A stretch of DNA of 20,000 nucleotides from an uncultured virus (IMG/VR IMGVR_UViG_3300032053_000035) (Duplodnaviria; Heunggongvirae; Uroviricota; Caudoviricetes). Below, piece after piece: positions 9,335 through 17,819 of the stretch. Below the pieces are notes generated by a model, which made no database searches, was not told the DNA's origin, and saw nothing but the letters and a program-made list of their open reading frames with translations. Numbering within the stretch: position 1 is the first letter of the stretch; each line of letters starts with the position of its first letter. The stretch lies in the IMG/VR virus record IMGVR_UViG_3300032053_000035. The stretch is one strand, 5' to 3'. Both the position numbers and the translations under genes were made by a program.

Positions 9335-10450
9335 ATGCAGCAAGGAAAGTTTAACACGGTTGTTGACGCGGCTTGGGGGTCGTCCGGAAAAGGAGCTGTT
9401 GCCACAAGATTAGTGGACATTTTCGGCATAAAAAACGTGTCGTCCGGTAATTACCCGAACGCTGGTCATTCTGCCATTATTGGCGCAACAAAGTTCGTGT
9501 CTAAGGCGCTGCCAACCCCGCTGATTCTTAACAAGCTGGGCAGAGAAGGTATGACTGGTTGGATTGGCCCAGCGTCGTCTTTTCAAATGGCTCAGTTCGA
9601 GAAGGAGGTTGAGGAGTGCGGTTTCCCAGATGTGGTAATTCACGAAAGAGCTATTATCACCGAGCAGAGGCATGTTGATGCCGAGTCCCCTGGTGGATCA
9701 CTATCAACCGAGCATGTCTCCAGTACTATGTCCGGCTCCGGTTCCTCAGCGGCAGATAAGCTAATGCGTGGCAAAAATGTTAAACTGGCTCGTGATGTCT
9801 TGTGCACCGTTAGCCCAGTGGACTTCTTCTACGATGTTAGAAATGAACTCAATGGCGGCAACACCTTTTTGCATGAGGTTAGCCAGGGTTTTGCACTGTC
9901 CATCAACTATGGTACTCAATACCCAAACTGCACCTTCCGAGATTGCTCCCCACAACAAGCATATGCTGATTTCGGCATACTGCCGTCTATGGTTGGTGAC
10001 GTATACCTTAACATTAGAAGTCTGCCAATCAGGGTTGGTAATAACTACCGCGATGGCCAGCAAACCGGCTACAGCGGTGATTTCATGGTGGACCAAAAAG
10101 AGCTTACATGGGACCAAGTAGCAGCAATGGCAGGTATGCCACCAGAAGAAGCCAAGATGTTGGCAGAGAACGAACGAACTACTGTAACAAAGAAAATTAG
10201 GCGCGTAGCCACCCAAAGTTGGATACTAACGAAGCAAGCTGCTGATTTTTGCGGCGCTACCAAAATAGTTCTCAACTTTCCGCAATACATTCATTGGTCT
10301 GCCCACAAAGTCAGAGGCGGCAAAGAAGCACTTAGCCTGCTGCACGAAGACGTTAGGAGTTATATAGACAAGCTGGAAGACACGGTAAACCTGCCAGTGA
10401 CAATGCTTTGCACCGGTGCTGAGCACGATGATTACATTTGGTTGGAATAG
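9335..10450 (+). CDS. purZ: PurZ-type N6-succino-2-amino-deoxyadenylate synthase (adenylosuccinate synthetase homologue)
   Basis: P-loop DAAWGSSGKG has Ser at the PurA catalytic Asp position (PurA: GDEGKG). Also PNAGH, QGFALS...YPNCTFRD, PIRVG, ELTW and TTVTKKIRRV. LNFPQY replaces the GTP-selecting TKxD of PurA. Confidence 0.85.
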   Translation: MQQGKFNTVVDAAWGSSGKGAVATRLVDIFGIKNVSSGNYPNAGHSAIIGATKFVSKALPTPLILNKLGREGMTGWIGPASSFQMAQFEKEVEECGFPDVVIHERAIITEQRHVDAESPGGSLSTEHVSSTMSGSGSSAADKLMRGKNVKLARDVLCTVSPVDFFYDVRNELNGGNTFLHEVSQGFALSINYGTQYPNCTFRDCSPQQAYADFGILPSMVGDVYLNIRSLPIRVGNNYRDGQQTGYSGDFMVDQKELTWDQVAAMAGMPPEEAKMLAENERTTVTKKIRRVATQSWILTKQAADFCGATKIVLNFPQYIHWSAHKVRGGKEALSLLHEDVRSYIDKLEDTVNLPVTMLCTGAEHDDYIWLE

Positions 10451-11002
10451 TTACTCTGCTTTGTACTCGTCGAAGCTTTGGCGATTAGTTATTTCTATTA
10501 CACTTGGGTCATACACTATCACGTGTGTGACTCCATCCCTATTGGCCTCGTGCCCGCTGTACCCAAGTCTTACTAAGCCTTTCAGATAGTCTGCGCCATC
10601 CTGCATATAAAAATCTGCCCACGTCTGCAAATAAGGCTGGTTATCGGCCATCATGGCACCAATGGACATTTTGAGTGCCTTACTAGCGTTTTCGTCCCAG
10701 TTGGCTAGCTTATACTCCAGGTCTGGCGCATTTTTTACTAGCGTTTCGATGTCGCTTTGCTTAGCTTTCTTTGGTAGTAATTTCTTGATATTAAGCTTGG
10801 CTTCTATTATGATGCCACTTGGATAAGCGTACGAGGCTGCATCCTCACGGCTTGACGAAAAGTAGAAGCCTGGACCTTCTTGGTCCTTGCCTTTACCAGT
10901 CCACGCGTAATCAAATTTGGTAGTGCTAACTGTTCTTCCATGATACCATGTTTCTGACTTATCAGCCACAACAAATCTAAGAGCTGATATCAGTCTGTCC
11001 AT
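10451..11002 (-). CDS. ADP-ribosyltransferase-fold protein (H-Y clade, ART-PolyVal-like)
   Basis: Likely start ATG 11002 (RBS GGGAGAGG). Motifs WYHG, KFD, GPGFYFS, AASYA and late GYSG...VIVYDPSVI, as in polyvalent-protein ART domains. Confidence 0.7.
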   Translation of the reverse strand: MDRLISALRFVVADKSETWYHGRTVSTTKFDYAWTGKGKDQEGPGFYFSSSREDAASYAYPSGIIIEAKLNIKKLLPKKAKQSDIETLVKNAPDLEYKLANWDENASKALKMSIGAMMADNQPYLQTWADFYMQDGADYLKGLVRLGYSGHEANRDGVTHVIVYDPSVIEITNRQSFDEYKAE

Positions 11003-11162
11003 GTGCTGCCTCTCCCTTATTACATAAACAACCCAATATAACATCTCAGAACCGGCGGGTAGGTTACGCAAGGCCAGTCCTCCTTATGTTATAACTTGAA
11101 TTTATCCACCCGCGTTTCGCTGGGGTAGTTCGTAGCTTTCCCATCACACGGAGATACGCCGC

Positions 11163-13631
11163 ATGGGATCTTTCGCGCAAGGTGCACTTGTTGAGCAAGT
11201 AGCCTCCGTGGCAACGGCTGGTGTTACCACTACTCTTACTAGTGCCTCACTAACATACCAAAAGTTTACTGGGGTTTTAAACCAAATAGTGGTGCTGCCA
11301 AATGCCACCACTATGAAGGTCGGCAGACGCTTTCAGATTGATAGCCGCACCACTGGCACATTAACCATTAACTACAATTCTGGCGCGTTTGCCACGGACA
11401 TCCTGGCCTACGTTGGCAAGACTTTGGTATTAGTTGACAACTCTACTACCAACGGCACCTGGACTATCTCAGTTAGCGTGGATAACAAAGAACCGCTTAA
11501 GATATCGCAGGCTCCTGGAGTAGCTGATACTAGACTGTTTATTTCGGCCAACCAAGTAAGAGCAGAGGATGGGACGACCAAAACAATTTCGCCGTTGGGT
11601 TCGCTGCTGCCAAGCTTTGTTGAGACTACTGTCGATCTCCAAACTGCGGCAATCGTTGGCGGCAGTGTTACTCTCAATGGCGGTGCATTTTCCTTACCAT
11701 CAACTACTGTCGGCCAGTTCCGACGAATGGCTTTGGTATATAATGGTTCGACCAACGCTGTTGATACGACTTTTTCTGCGGCTTCTGTCACTCAGGGTGC
11801 CCTGACTGGTGCCGGTACCCTATTTGCATTGATTTCTGGTACCCCGCTTGGCTACGTAGACCTGGTAGCCACTGGTGCCACAGCCTTTAAGACTGCCTCG
11901 TCCGGCAGCAACGTAATCGAAAATTTCTCAATCTTCCAGGTTACTAGCAGTGGCATACCGCCATTGGCTACTACTACGCTATCAGGACTAGTTAGCACTG
12001 TAGCCCAAACCTTTGCCGGTCCCAAGACGTTCAACGATGCGACTACCTTCAAGGCGTCTAGCGGAACCATTGCTGCTGGGGGTTACGACGGGGCTGGTCA
12101 ATGGGTTCTTGGCGACGCACTAACAGCATTGCCAGTAACAATCAAAGGCTCCGGGTCGTCCAACCTTCTTACGCTGCAGGCGTTCAGCAGTAACAATGGT
12201 GTAGTAGAGCTAATAGCTAATGTTGGCGCTGCTAACAGTTCCATTATAAAGCTGACGTCAGGAGCCTCTGGTAGCGGTATCATTAGGCTTGGCCATGCCT
12301 CGGCTGAATTTAAGATACAAAACAGTTCATCGGTTGACTTAGCCAGTATGGCTGCTGGTGGCGCCTGGACTTTCCCAATTAGCGTGCAGACACCAATCGT
12401 AATACTGACCGCTGGTGGCGCTTCTGGTACCACTAAGTTGACTCTTTCCGGTACCACCTGGCAAATAGGTGGAACAGTTTCCACCATTACCGAGGCCGGT
12501 ACCTTCTCTGGCGTAATAGGGTCGTTCTCATCCAGTGTTGGTACTCCTGTCCTGCAACTGACTTCTGGCGGCACTCCTGGTGCCGCTAAGTTGACTCTTT
12601 CTGGTACCACTTGGCAAATCGGTGGCGTCATTTCCACCATCACTGAGGCCGGTGCTTTCGTTGGCGTGACTGGCTCATTCCCAACCAATGTAGGCACGTC
12701 AGTACTGCAACTAACCGCTGGTGGTTCTTCCGGTACTACTAAGCTAACTCTTTCTGGTACCACCTGGCAAATCGGCGGCACCACTTCCACTATCACTGAG
12801 GCTGGCACATTTTCAGGTGTTATAGGCAGCTTTCCCACTAGCGTTAACACGGCGATAATACAAAATACTGCCGCTGCTGCACTAGATATCAAGGCCGCCT
12901 CTGGCCAAGCCATTAGGTTTGCAGCAGGTGGCGCGGCGGCTGGTGCTCACGGAGATATTTCGGCACTTGGTAGCCTAACTATTTCGTCGACGACTGACCA
13001 CCTGTTTAACGGCAACTTAACCTTTCCATCCGGAAAGGGTATCGAGTCATCTGCTGCGTCAGCTATTCTTAACATTGGCACCACAGCCAACCCAATTACG
13101 ATGAATTTGGGCACAGGTAGCAATATTACTACTGTCAATGTTGGCACTGGTGCTGCCGCCTCTACTATTAATATTGGAACCGGGGCAGCTACCACCATTA
13201 ACATTGGTACCGGGGCAGCCGCCACCGCTATCAATGTTGGCGGAGTTAACGACATAGTTAACACCGGCGCTGCGTCCTCTTCCCAGATGCACCCGATTAA
13301 CGGATATGCAAGAATTGTCTCCCCAACTCAGTCAGCAATTGCTGGCGGCGGCTACGGCTTCGATTTTTCACTACAACACATATATTACAAAACTGGCGGC
13401 GCCGGTACCTTTACGTTAAATAACTTAGCCGAAGGTCAAACAGTTACCTTAATGGTGGCTTCCACCGGTGCCAGTTACACAATTACTTGGGCTCTACCAA
13501 GCGGCTCGATAAAGTGGCCAGCAGCATTGGTACCAAACCCAACCAGCGTTGCTTCCAGGTATGATGTGTACAACTTCATCAGAATTGGTGGAGCTGTGTT
13601 TGGTACTGCTGGTCTCAATTTTGGTGGGTAG
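11163..13631 (+). CDS. Large fibre/virion structural protein with internal repeats
   Basis: RBS GGAG. Gly/Ser/Thr-rich 822 aa, with a QTFAGPKTF fibre motif, three 51-aa repeats, INIGTGAA repeats, and a C-terminal domain ending IKWP...P...T...DVYNF typical of phage fibre proteins. Confidence 0.85.
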   Translation: MGSFAQGALVEQVASVATAGVTTTLTSASLTYQKFTGVLNQIVVLPNATTMKVGRRFQIDSRTTGTLTINYNSGAFATDILAYVGKTLVLVDNSTTNGTWTISVSVDNKEPLKISQAPGVADTRLFISANQVRAEDGTTKTISPLGSLLPSFVETTVDLQTAAIVGGSVTLNGGAFSLPSTTVGQFRRMALVYNGSTNAVDTTFSAASVTQGALTGAGTLFALISGTPLGYVDLVATGATAFKTASSGSNVIENFSIFQVTSSGIPPLATTTLSGLVSTVAQTFAGPKTFNDATTFKASSGTIAAGGYDGAGQWVLGDALTALPVTIKGSGSSNLLTLQAFSSNNGVVELIANVGAANSSIIKLTSGASGSGIIRLGHASAEFKIQNSSSVDLASMAAGGAWTFPISVQTPIVILTAGGASGTTKLTLSGTTWQIGGTVSTITEAGTFSGVIGSFSSSVGTPVLQLTSGGTPGAAKLTLSGTTWQIGGVISTITEAGAFVGVTGSFPTNVGTSVLQLTAGGSSGTTKLTLSGTTWQIGGTTSTITEAGTFSGVIGSFPTSVNTAIIQNTAAAALDIKAASGQAIRFAAGGAAAGAHGDISALGSLTISSTTDHLFNGNLTFPSGKGIESSAASAILNIGTTANPITMNLGTGSNITTVNVGTGAAASTINIGTGAATTINIGTGAAATAINVGGVNDIVNTGAASSSQMHPINGYARIVSPTQSAIAGGGYGFDFSLQHIYYKTGGAGTFTLNNLAEGQTVTLMVASTGASYTITWALPSGSIKWPAALVPNPTSVASRYDVYNFIRIGGAVFGTAGLNFGG
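12405..12860 (+). repeat. Three tandem 153-bp (51-aa) repeats
   Basis: Units start at 12405, 12558 and 12711. Consensus LTxGGxxGxxKLTLSGTTWQIGGxxSTITEAGxFxGVxGSF. Confidence 0.9.
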
Positions 13632-13642
13632 GAGGTGGCAGG

Positions 13643-15019
13643 ATGTTTATAGCATTCACAGCATTAAGGTATTCTTATAAAAATACATGCACTCAGGACT
13701 ATGCGTCAAGCACCGTTTGGGTAACTCCTTATAATTTAGATCTTAGCGACAATATTTGTGTTTGGGGCGTTGGTGGCGGAGGCGGCGGAGGCGGCGGAGG
13801 CAATGGTGGCCTTGGCGGCACTGGCGGGAGCGGTGGTACTGGCGGAAAAGGTGGTAACGGAGGTAACGGAGGTGCCTCCTTTCGCTTTGATAGTTTACAA
13901 GGTTCGCAAGGTGGTGGTGGTTCCTCAGGAGGAGCAGCTTCGTGTGGCCAAACTGGCGACACTGGGCAGCCAGGTACCGGAGGCGGAGGCGGTACTGCTG
14001 GCGGCCAAGGTGGCGGTAACGTGTACAGTTATCCTGGCTCTCCTTGTACCTACGTTCCTCCCAGAAACCAAAATATGACAATTAATATAGGTGGCGGAGG
14101 AGGTAGCCTAGCGGCTGGTGCTGCCACCGGATTCTGTTGTGGAGTGTCACCGCTATTCTCGTTTGGTGGAGGAGCGGCTGGTTCTGCTGGCGCCAACGGG
14201 AGCACTGGGGCTACCGGAGCGTCAGGTGCCAATGGTGGAGCGGGGCAAAATGGTTCTAACGCGTCCGACGCCTTTCTCGTTACCAATCCTGGTCCTACTG
14301 ACTTTTTTAATGGCGGCAACGGCGGCTCAATAACGTCGTCGGCATGTTGCGGTAATGGCGGCGGTGGTGGTGCAGCTTACACGTGGTCTGGCACAGTAAC
14401 CCAATATGCCTTTGGTGGCAACGGCGGCACTGGCGCGTTGGATGATGGTGGTGGTGGCGGATCTAGGAATTTGCAAAACCTGGGCGCTGCCGGAGGCGGT
14501 ACCCCGTTCGGTCAGTTTGTTTGTGGCGGCGCACTGAACACTACTGCTGCTGGCGGCGTGTCGTCGCCAGGAGGTTCTGGTGGGTCTGCTAGGGCGTTCT
14601 CTGGCTGTTTATATGCCTGCACCTGTGCCTTTGGCGGCAGTGGAGGATTCGTGACTAGTGTGGCTGGCCCAGGTGCCAATTACACCTCTGTGTTTTCTAA
14701 TGCAGGCGGAGCAGGGGCGGCAGCCTCAGGTGGGTTTGGCGGATACGGTGTCGGTGGTGCTGGTGGTGCTGGTGGTGCTAGTGGCCAAGGAGGGGTCGGT
14801 GGCATTGGTTTTGTTGGGTCAGACACGGCCAGTGGTGGCCGTGGCGTTTGTACGTTTACGGCAACAACAGGATTTACCGCTGGTACCGCAGGTGGTACCT
14901 CCAGTACTCCTTCTAGCACTAATGGCGGCCAACCTGGTACTGGAGGTGCCGTTGGTGGCGCTGGTGGCGCTGGATCTGGCGGATTTGTTAGGGTTTCGTT
15001 TAATTATTGGCAGGAATGA
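13643..15019 (+). CDS. Glycine-rich (polyglycine-II-type) virion/adhesin protein with scattered Cys
   Basis: RBS GGAGG. VWGVGGGGGGG start and GGAGSGGFVRV end are typical of phage Gly-rich domains. Contains CC and CxC motifs. Confidence 0.8.
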   Translation: MFIAFTALRYSYKNTCTQDYASSTVWVTPYNLDLSDNICVWGVGGGGGGGGGGNGGLGGTGGSGGTGGKGGNGGNGGASFRFDSLQGSQGGGGSSGGAASCGQTGDTGQPGTGGGGGTAGGQGGGNVYSYPGSPCTYVPPRNQNMTINIGGGGGSLAAGAATGFCCGVSPLFSFGGGAAGSAGANGSTGATGASGANGGAGQNGSNASDAFLVTNPGPTDFFNGGNGGSITSSACCGNGGGGGAAYTWSGTVTQYAFGGNGGTGALDDGGGGGSRNLQNLGAAGGGTPFGQFVCGGALNTTAAGGVSSPGGSGGSARAFSGCLYACTCAFGGSGGFVTSVAGPGANYTSVFSNAGGAGAAASGGFGGYGVGGAGGAGGASGQGGVGGIGFVGSDTASGGRGVCTFTATTGFTAGTAGGTSSTPSSTNGGQPGTGGAVGGAGGAGSGGFVRVSFNYWQE

Positions 15020-15036
15020 CATAAGGAGATGCTTAA

Positions 15037-15567
15037 ATGGCACTAGCTAACTATCTAACGCCAAATTCTTACACGGTAATTGACCAAATTGTGTATAGTA
15101 AGGTCCATTCTTTTGTGCAGTTTCAGACGTTATTTTTCTCGTCACCCACCAAAGACATATTGCTGGGAGAAAAACAGCACCGAATAGAAAACAGATACAC
15201 GGTTACCGCGTTGTTGCACAAAGGCCTTAATACGCCTCCTAGTGATGCCAAGGATGGCGACAGTTACCGAATCGGACCGGAACCAACCGGTGTTTGGGCT
15301 AACTATCCAAACAAGGTCGCAAAAGCTACTGCCGGTTCTTGGGGGTTTTGGATACTTGGCCCTAATGAGGAGTTTTTTGTAGTGCCAGAGCAAAGGTACT
15401 ATAAGCATGATATCAATCTTGCATTAGTACCAACCAGCTGTCCATTTGATTCACGGGAGTTTAATAAGTTTTTCTCTCAAGAATTGATTGATGAGTTTGG
15501 GTTGCAAGCACAGGCATACAAGTATCTTAAATCCTGCCCTGGTTTCGAAAATGTGGTAGACATATGA
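15037..15567 (+). CDS. Fibre-associated protein containing a DUF2793-like segment
   Basis: RBS AAGGAG. TPPSDAKDGDSYRIGPEPTGVWANYPNKVA...GSWGF matches the DUF2793 pattern. C-terminal QAYKYLKSCPGFENVVDI resembles small phage fibre-associated proteins. Confidence 0.7.
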   Translation: MALANYLTPNSYTVIDQIVYSKVHSFVQFQTLFFSSPTKDILLGEKQHRIENRYTVTALLHKGLNTPPSDAKDGDSYRIGPEPTGVWANYPNKVAKATAGSWGFWILGPNEEFFVVPEQRYYKHDINLALVPTSCPFDSREFNKFFSQELIDEFGLQAQAYKYLKSCPGFENVVDI

Positions 15568-16439
15568 CTATGCAAAAAATAGTAAGAATAGATGGTGGAA
15601 TTGGCCGCGTTATTTGTTCAGAACCTGCTCTGAGAAAAATGGGAGAAGAAGAGAACATTATTGTCCTTACTTCTTGGCCTGATGCTCTTCAGTATTCACC
15701 ATACCTGACTAAGGTTTATTGGTCTGGTTTTGGCAATATTTTTGATGCTCTTATTGAGGGTAATAACCTCCTGACGCCAGAGCCATATCACAACCACCTT
15801 TATTATGACGAGAAACATCACCTGATTCAGAGTTTTGATTATTTGTTAAATGGTAATGACGGTGCATTGGTAAAACCTGATCTGTACCTGTCGGAAAAGG
15901 AAATAGGTAAGGGCAAGTATTTAGTTGACAGGTTACGCAAAGGAAAGACGATTGTTGCCATACAACCTTTTGGATCGACTGCTGTCTACAAAGAAGACAC
16001 TAACACAGTAGAAGACCCGACTCATCGGTCATTGCCCTTTCATGTGGCGTGGTATATAATAGACAAACTGTCAGACAAGTGTAACTTTATTAACCTTAGC
16101 ACGATAAACATTTACCACCCTAGCGTCAACAATTTCAATAATAATCTAAGAGACAGCTTTGGGTTGGTAAACGCATGCGATTGTGTTATAACAATGGATT
16201 CTCTGCTAGCCCATGTTGGATATTCGTTAGGAAAGACCGGAATGAACTTGACGGGTGCTACTAGTTTAACTAATTTCGGGTACCCGCATCATTACTATAC
16301 TGTCAGTAGGGATGGTTATCCAAAGGGAAAGATCACTTTCCGGATTCACGAAGATAATAGATTTAATAAGGACGCACTAAATTTTTCCGAGAACGAACTT
16401 AATGACATAATTGGTGAGTTTAGGAATTTATTTGTGTAA
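15564..16439 (+). CDS. GT-B glycosyltransferase, GT9 (heptosyltransferase)-like
   Basis: N-terminal GGIGRVI, PDLYLS, IAIQPFGS-like...RSLP, LRDSFGLVNACDCVITMDSLLAHVGYSLGK...GAT...FGY. Overlaps the upstream stop (ATGA). Confidence 0.8.
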   Translation: MTMQKIVRIDGGIGRVICSEPALRKMGEEENIIVLTSWPDALQYSPYLTKVYWSGFGNIFDALIEGNNLLTPEPYHNHLYYDEKHHLIQSFDYLLNGNDGALVKPDLYLSEKEIGKGKYLVDRLRKGKTIVAIQPFGSTAVYKEDTNTVEDPTHRSLPFHVAWYIIDKLSDKCNFINLSTINIYHPSVNNFNNNLRDSFGLVNACDCVITMDSLLAHVGYSLGKTGMNLTGATSLTNFGYPHHYYTVSRDGYPKGKITFRIHEDNRFNKDALNFSENELNDIIGEFRNLFV

Positions 16440-16474
16440 GGTCGGTAGCACTCAGAAACTAGTTGAGGACTAAA

Positions 16475-17383
16475 ATGGCATATTTTATTCAAGGCTCACT
16501 AGCTGAGCAAGTTGCTACTACCACTGCCCTTGGCGGTACCACAACTCTTACCCTGCTGTCTAAGACTTACCAAAAATTTACCGGGACGTCAACCCAAACA
16601 ATAGTATTACCTGATGCCACCACCTTGGTAGTTGGTAGGAAATCTCGGCGGTGCTAACGACACAGTCAATATAGCCGGAAACGGCAGAGGCGTTGCTCCG
16701 CTTGGCTCGATTATTGCTATGACCTCTGGGTTTACCGGTGCTATGGCGGTACCAGGCAGCGGTATTGTTAGTAATGGCTGGATCAGAGCCGATGGTAGCG
16801 TCATACCTGGTGGTAACACAGTGTCTGGCACTACGCCAAACCTATCATCGTCTGTTTTTCTTCGTGGCAACATAGCCTATGCTGGCACGCCAGTAGGCAA
16901 TAGCACTACCACGCTTTCCACAGCTAACTTGCCAGCACATACACATGTGATGGATCACGGCCACGACAACACGTTATCAGTGTCAGGAACATTTGCTTCC
17001 AGTGGTCACACACACAACCATGACCACGTTCACCAATCGCTCATTATGTTCAATAATATATTTGTTGGGTTAAGTTTAGCCCAATCGCAAGTCACCTCGT
17101 TTACAACCGGTACATCTCTTACCCAGTCTGGGCCCTGTCCTCCAGGTTCCACTAGTTTTGTTAAGGGGGTAGCGTCAGGATTGAAACTTACACAGCTTTG
17201 CCAATCGACGCTGCTGGCAATGGCGCACCAAATACTGGCGGCCCATCTGGCTCTGGTTCTGCATCTATCGCTGGCGCTGTTACTAGCATGACTGGATCTA
17301 CTGGAAATGGTCCAGGAACTGGGACCGCGTTTAGCGTTGAGCCTAAGTATATCGATGTTATCTATCTGATGCGTGTCAATTAA
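16475..17383 (+). pseudogene. Frame-broken tail fibre: N-terminus paralogous to the 11163 protein, then tail-collar domain and HxH tip
   Basis: ATG 16475 (RBS GAGG) gives MAYFIQGSLAEQVATT...YQKFTG...VLPDATT...VGR, close to the 11163 N-terminus. The frame changes at ~16640 to NLGGANDTVN...APLGSII...GWIRADG...TPNL...FLRG (collar) and HTH/HGH/HNHDHVH. A second shift at the G5 run 17165-17169 leads to ...EPKYIDVIYLMRVN*. Confidence 0.75.
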
Positions 17384-17393
17384 TCAAATCACA

Positions 17394-17429
17394 AATAAGA
17401 AAAAGGGCAACGAGAAAACTCGTTGCCCT
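17394..17429 (-). terminator. Intrinsic terminator for the minus-strand lipoprotein genes, possibly bidirectional
   Basis: Perfect 11-bp stem AGGGCAACGAG-AAAA-CTCGTTGCCCT (17404-17429). An A-run on its left forms the U-tract on the minus strand. Confidence 0.85.
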
Positions 17430-17462
17430 GAACTGCACAGTAGCTAGGCGAAACCTAGGTAC

Positions 17463-17804
17463 CTAGAAACTTGTAAGAACGGCCCTATCTGCGGCAGTGA
17501 TAGCTTTTGCCGCTGCCGAGCTTGGTGGCGGCATATCGCTGCTACTAACTTCAGCCTTAGCTTTTGACCCTTGCCAGCCAGCTAAACTTTGGGTGAACGC
17601 ATCACTAGAGTGACATCCTAGACAACTTTTTTTAATGATCGGCAATGCTTTGGTTACAAACTCAGCTGATTTATCACCACCAGGTTGTGGAGTTGGTGTT
17701 GGAGAAGGAGCCGGAGCAGGAGTATAAGCACCTCTGGTTGATTCAACACCACACGACGTTGTTAGTACCATTAAGAGAGCCATAATTAACTTCAATACTA
17801 GCAT
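17463..17804 (-). CDS. Lipoprotein with monohaem c-type cytochrome motif
   Basis: RBS AAGGAG. Signal peptide II ending LTTS-C, Pro/Thr linker, CLGCH (17610-17624) and a distal MPP motif (candidate axial Met). Confidence 0.8.
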   Translation of the reverse strand: MLVLKLIMALLMVLTTSCGVESTRGAYTPAPAPSPTPTPQPGGDKSAEFVTKALPIIKKSCLGCHSSDAFTQSLAGWQGSKAKAEVSSSDMPPPSSAAAKAITAADRAVLTSF

Positions 17805-17819
17805 TTGCCTTACTCCTTG

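Noticed and set aside
9335..10450. Ordinary adenylosuccinate synthetase PurA
   Set aside because: Lacks the GDEGKG Asp and the TKxD GTP motif. The residues fit PurZ.
12405..12860. Diversity-generating retroelement TR/VR pair
   Set aside because: The repeats are tandem and coding, differences are mostly synonymous rather than adenine-specific, and no reverse transcriptase is in the window.
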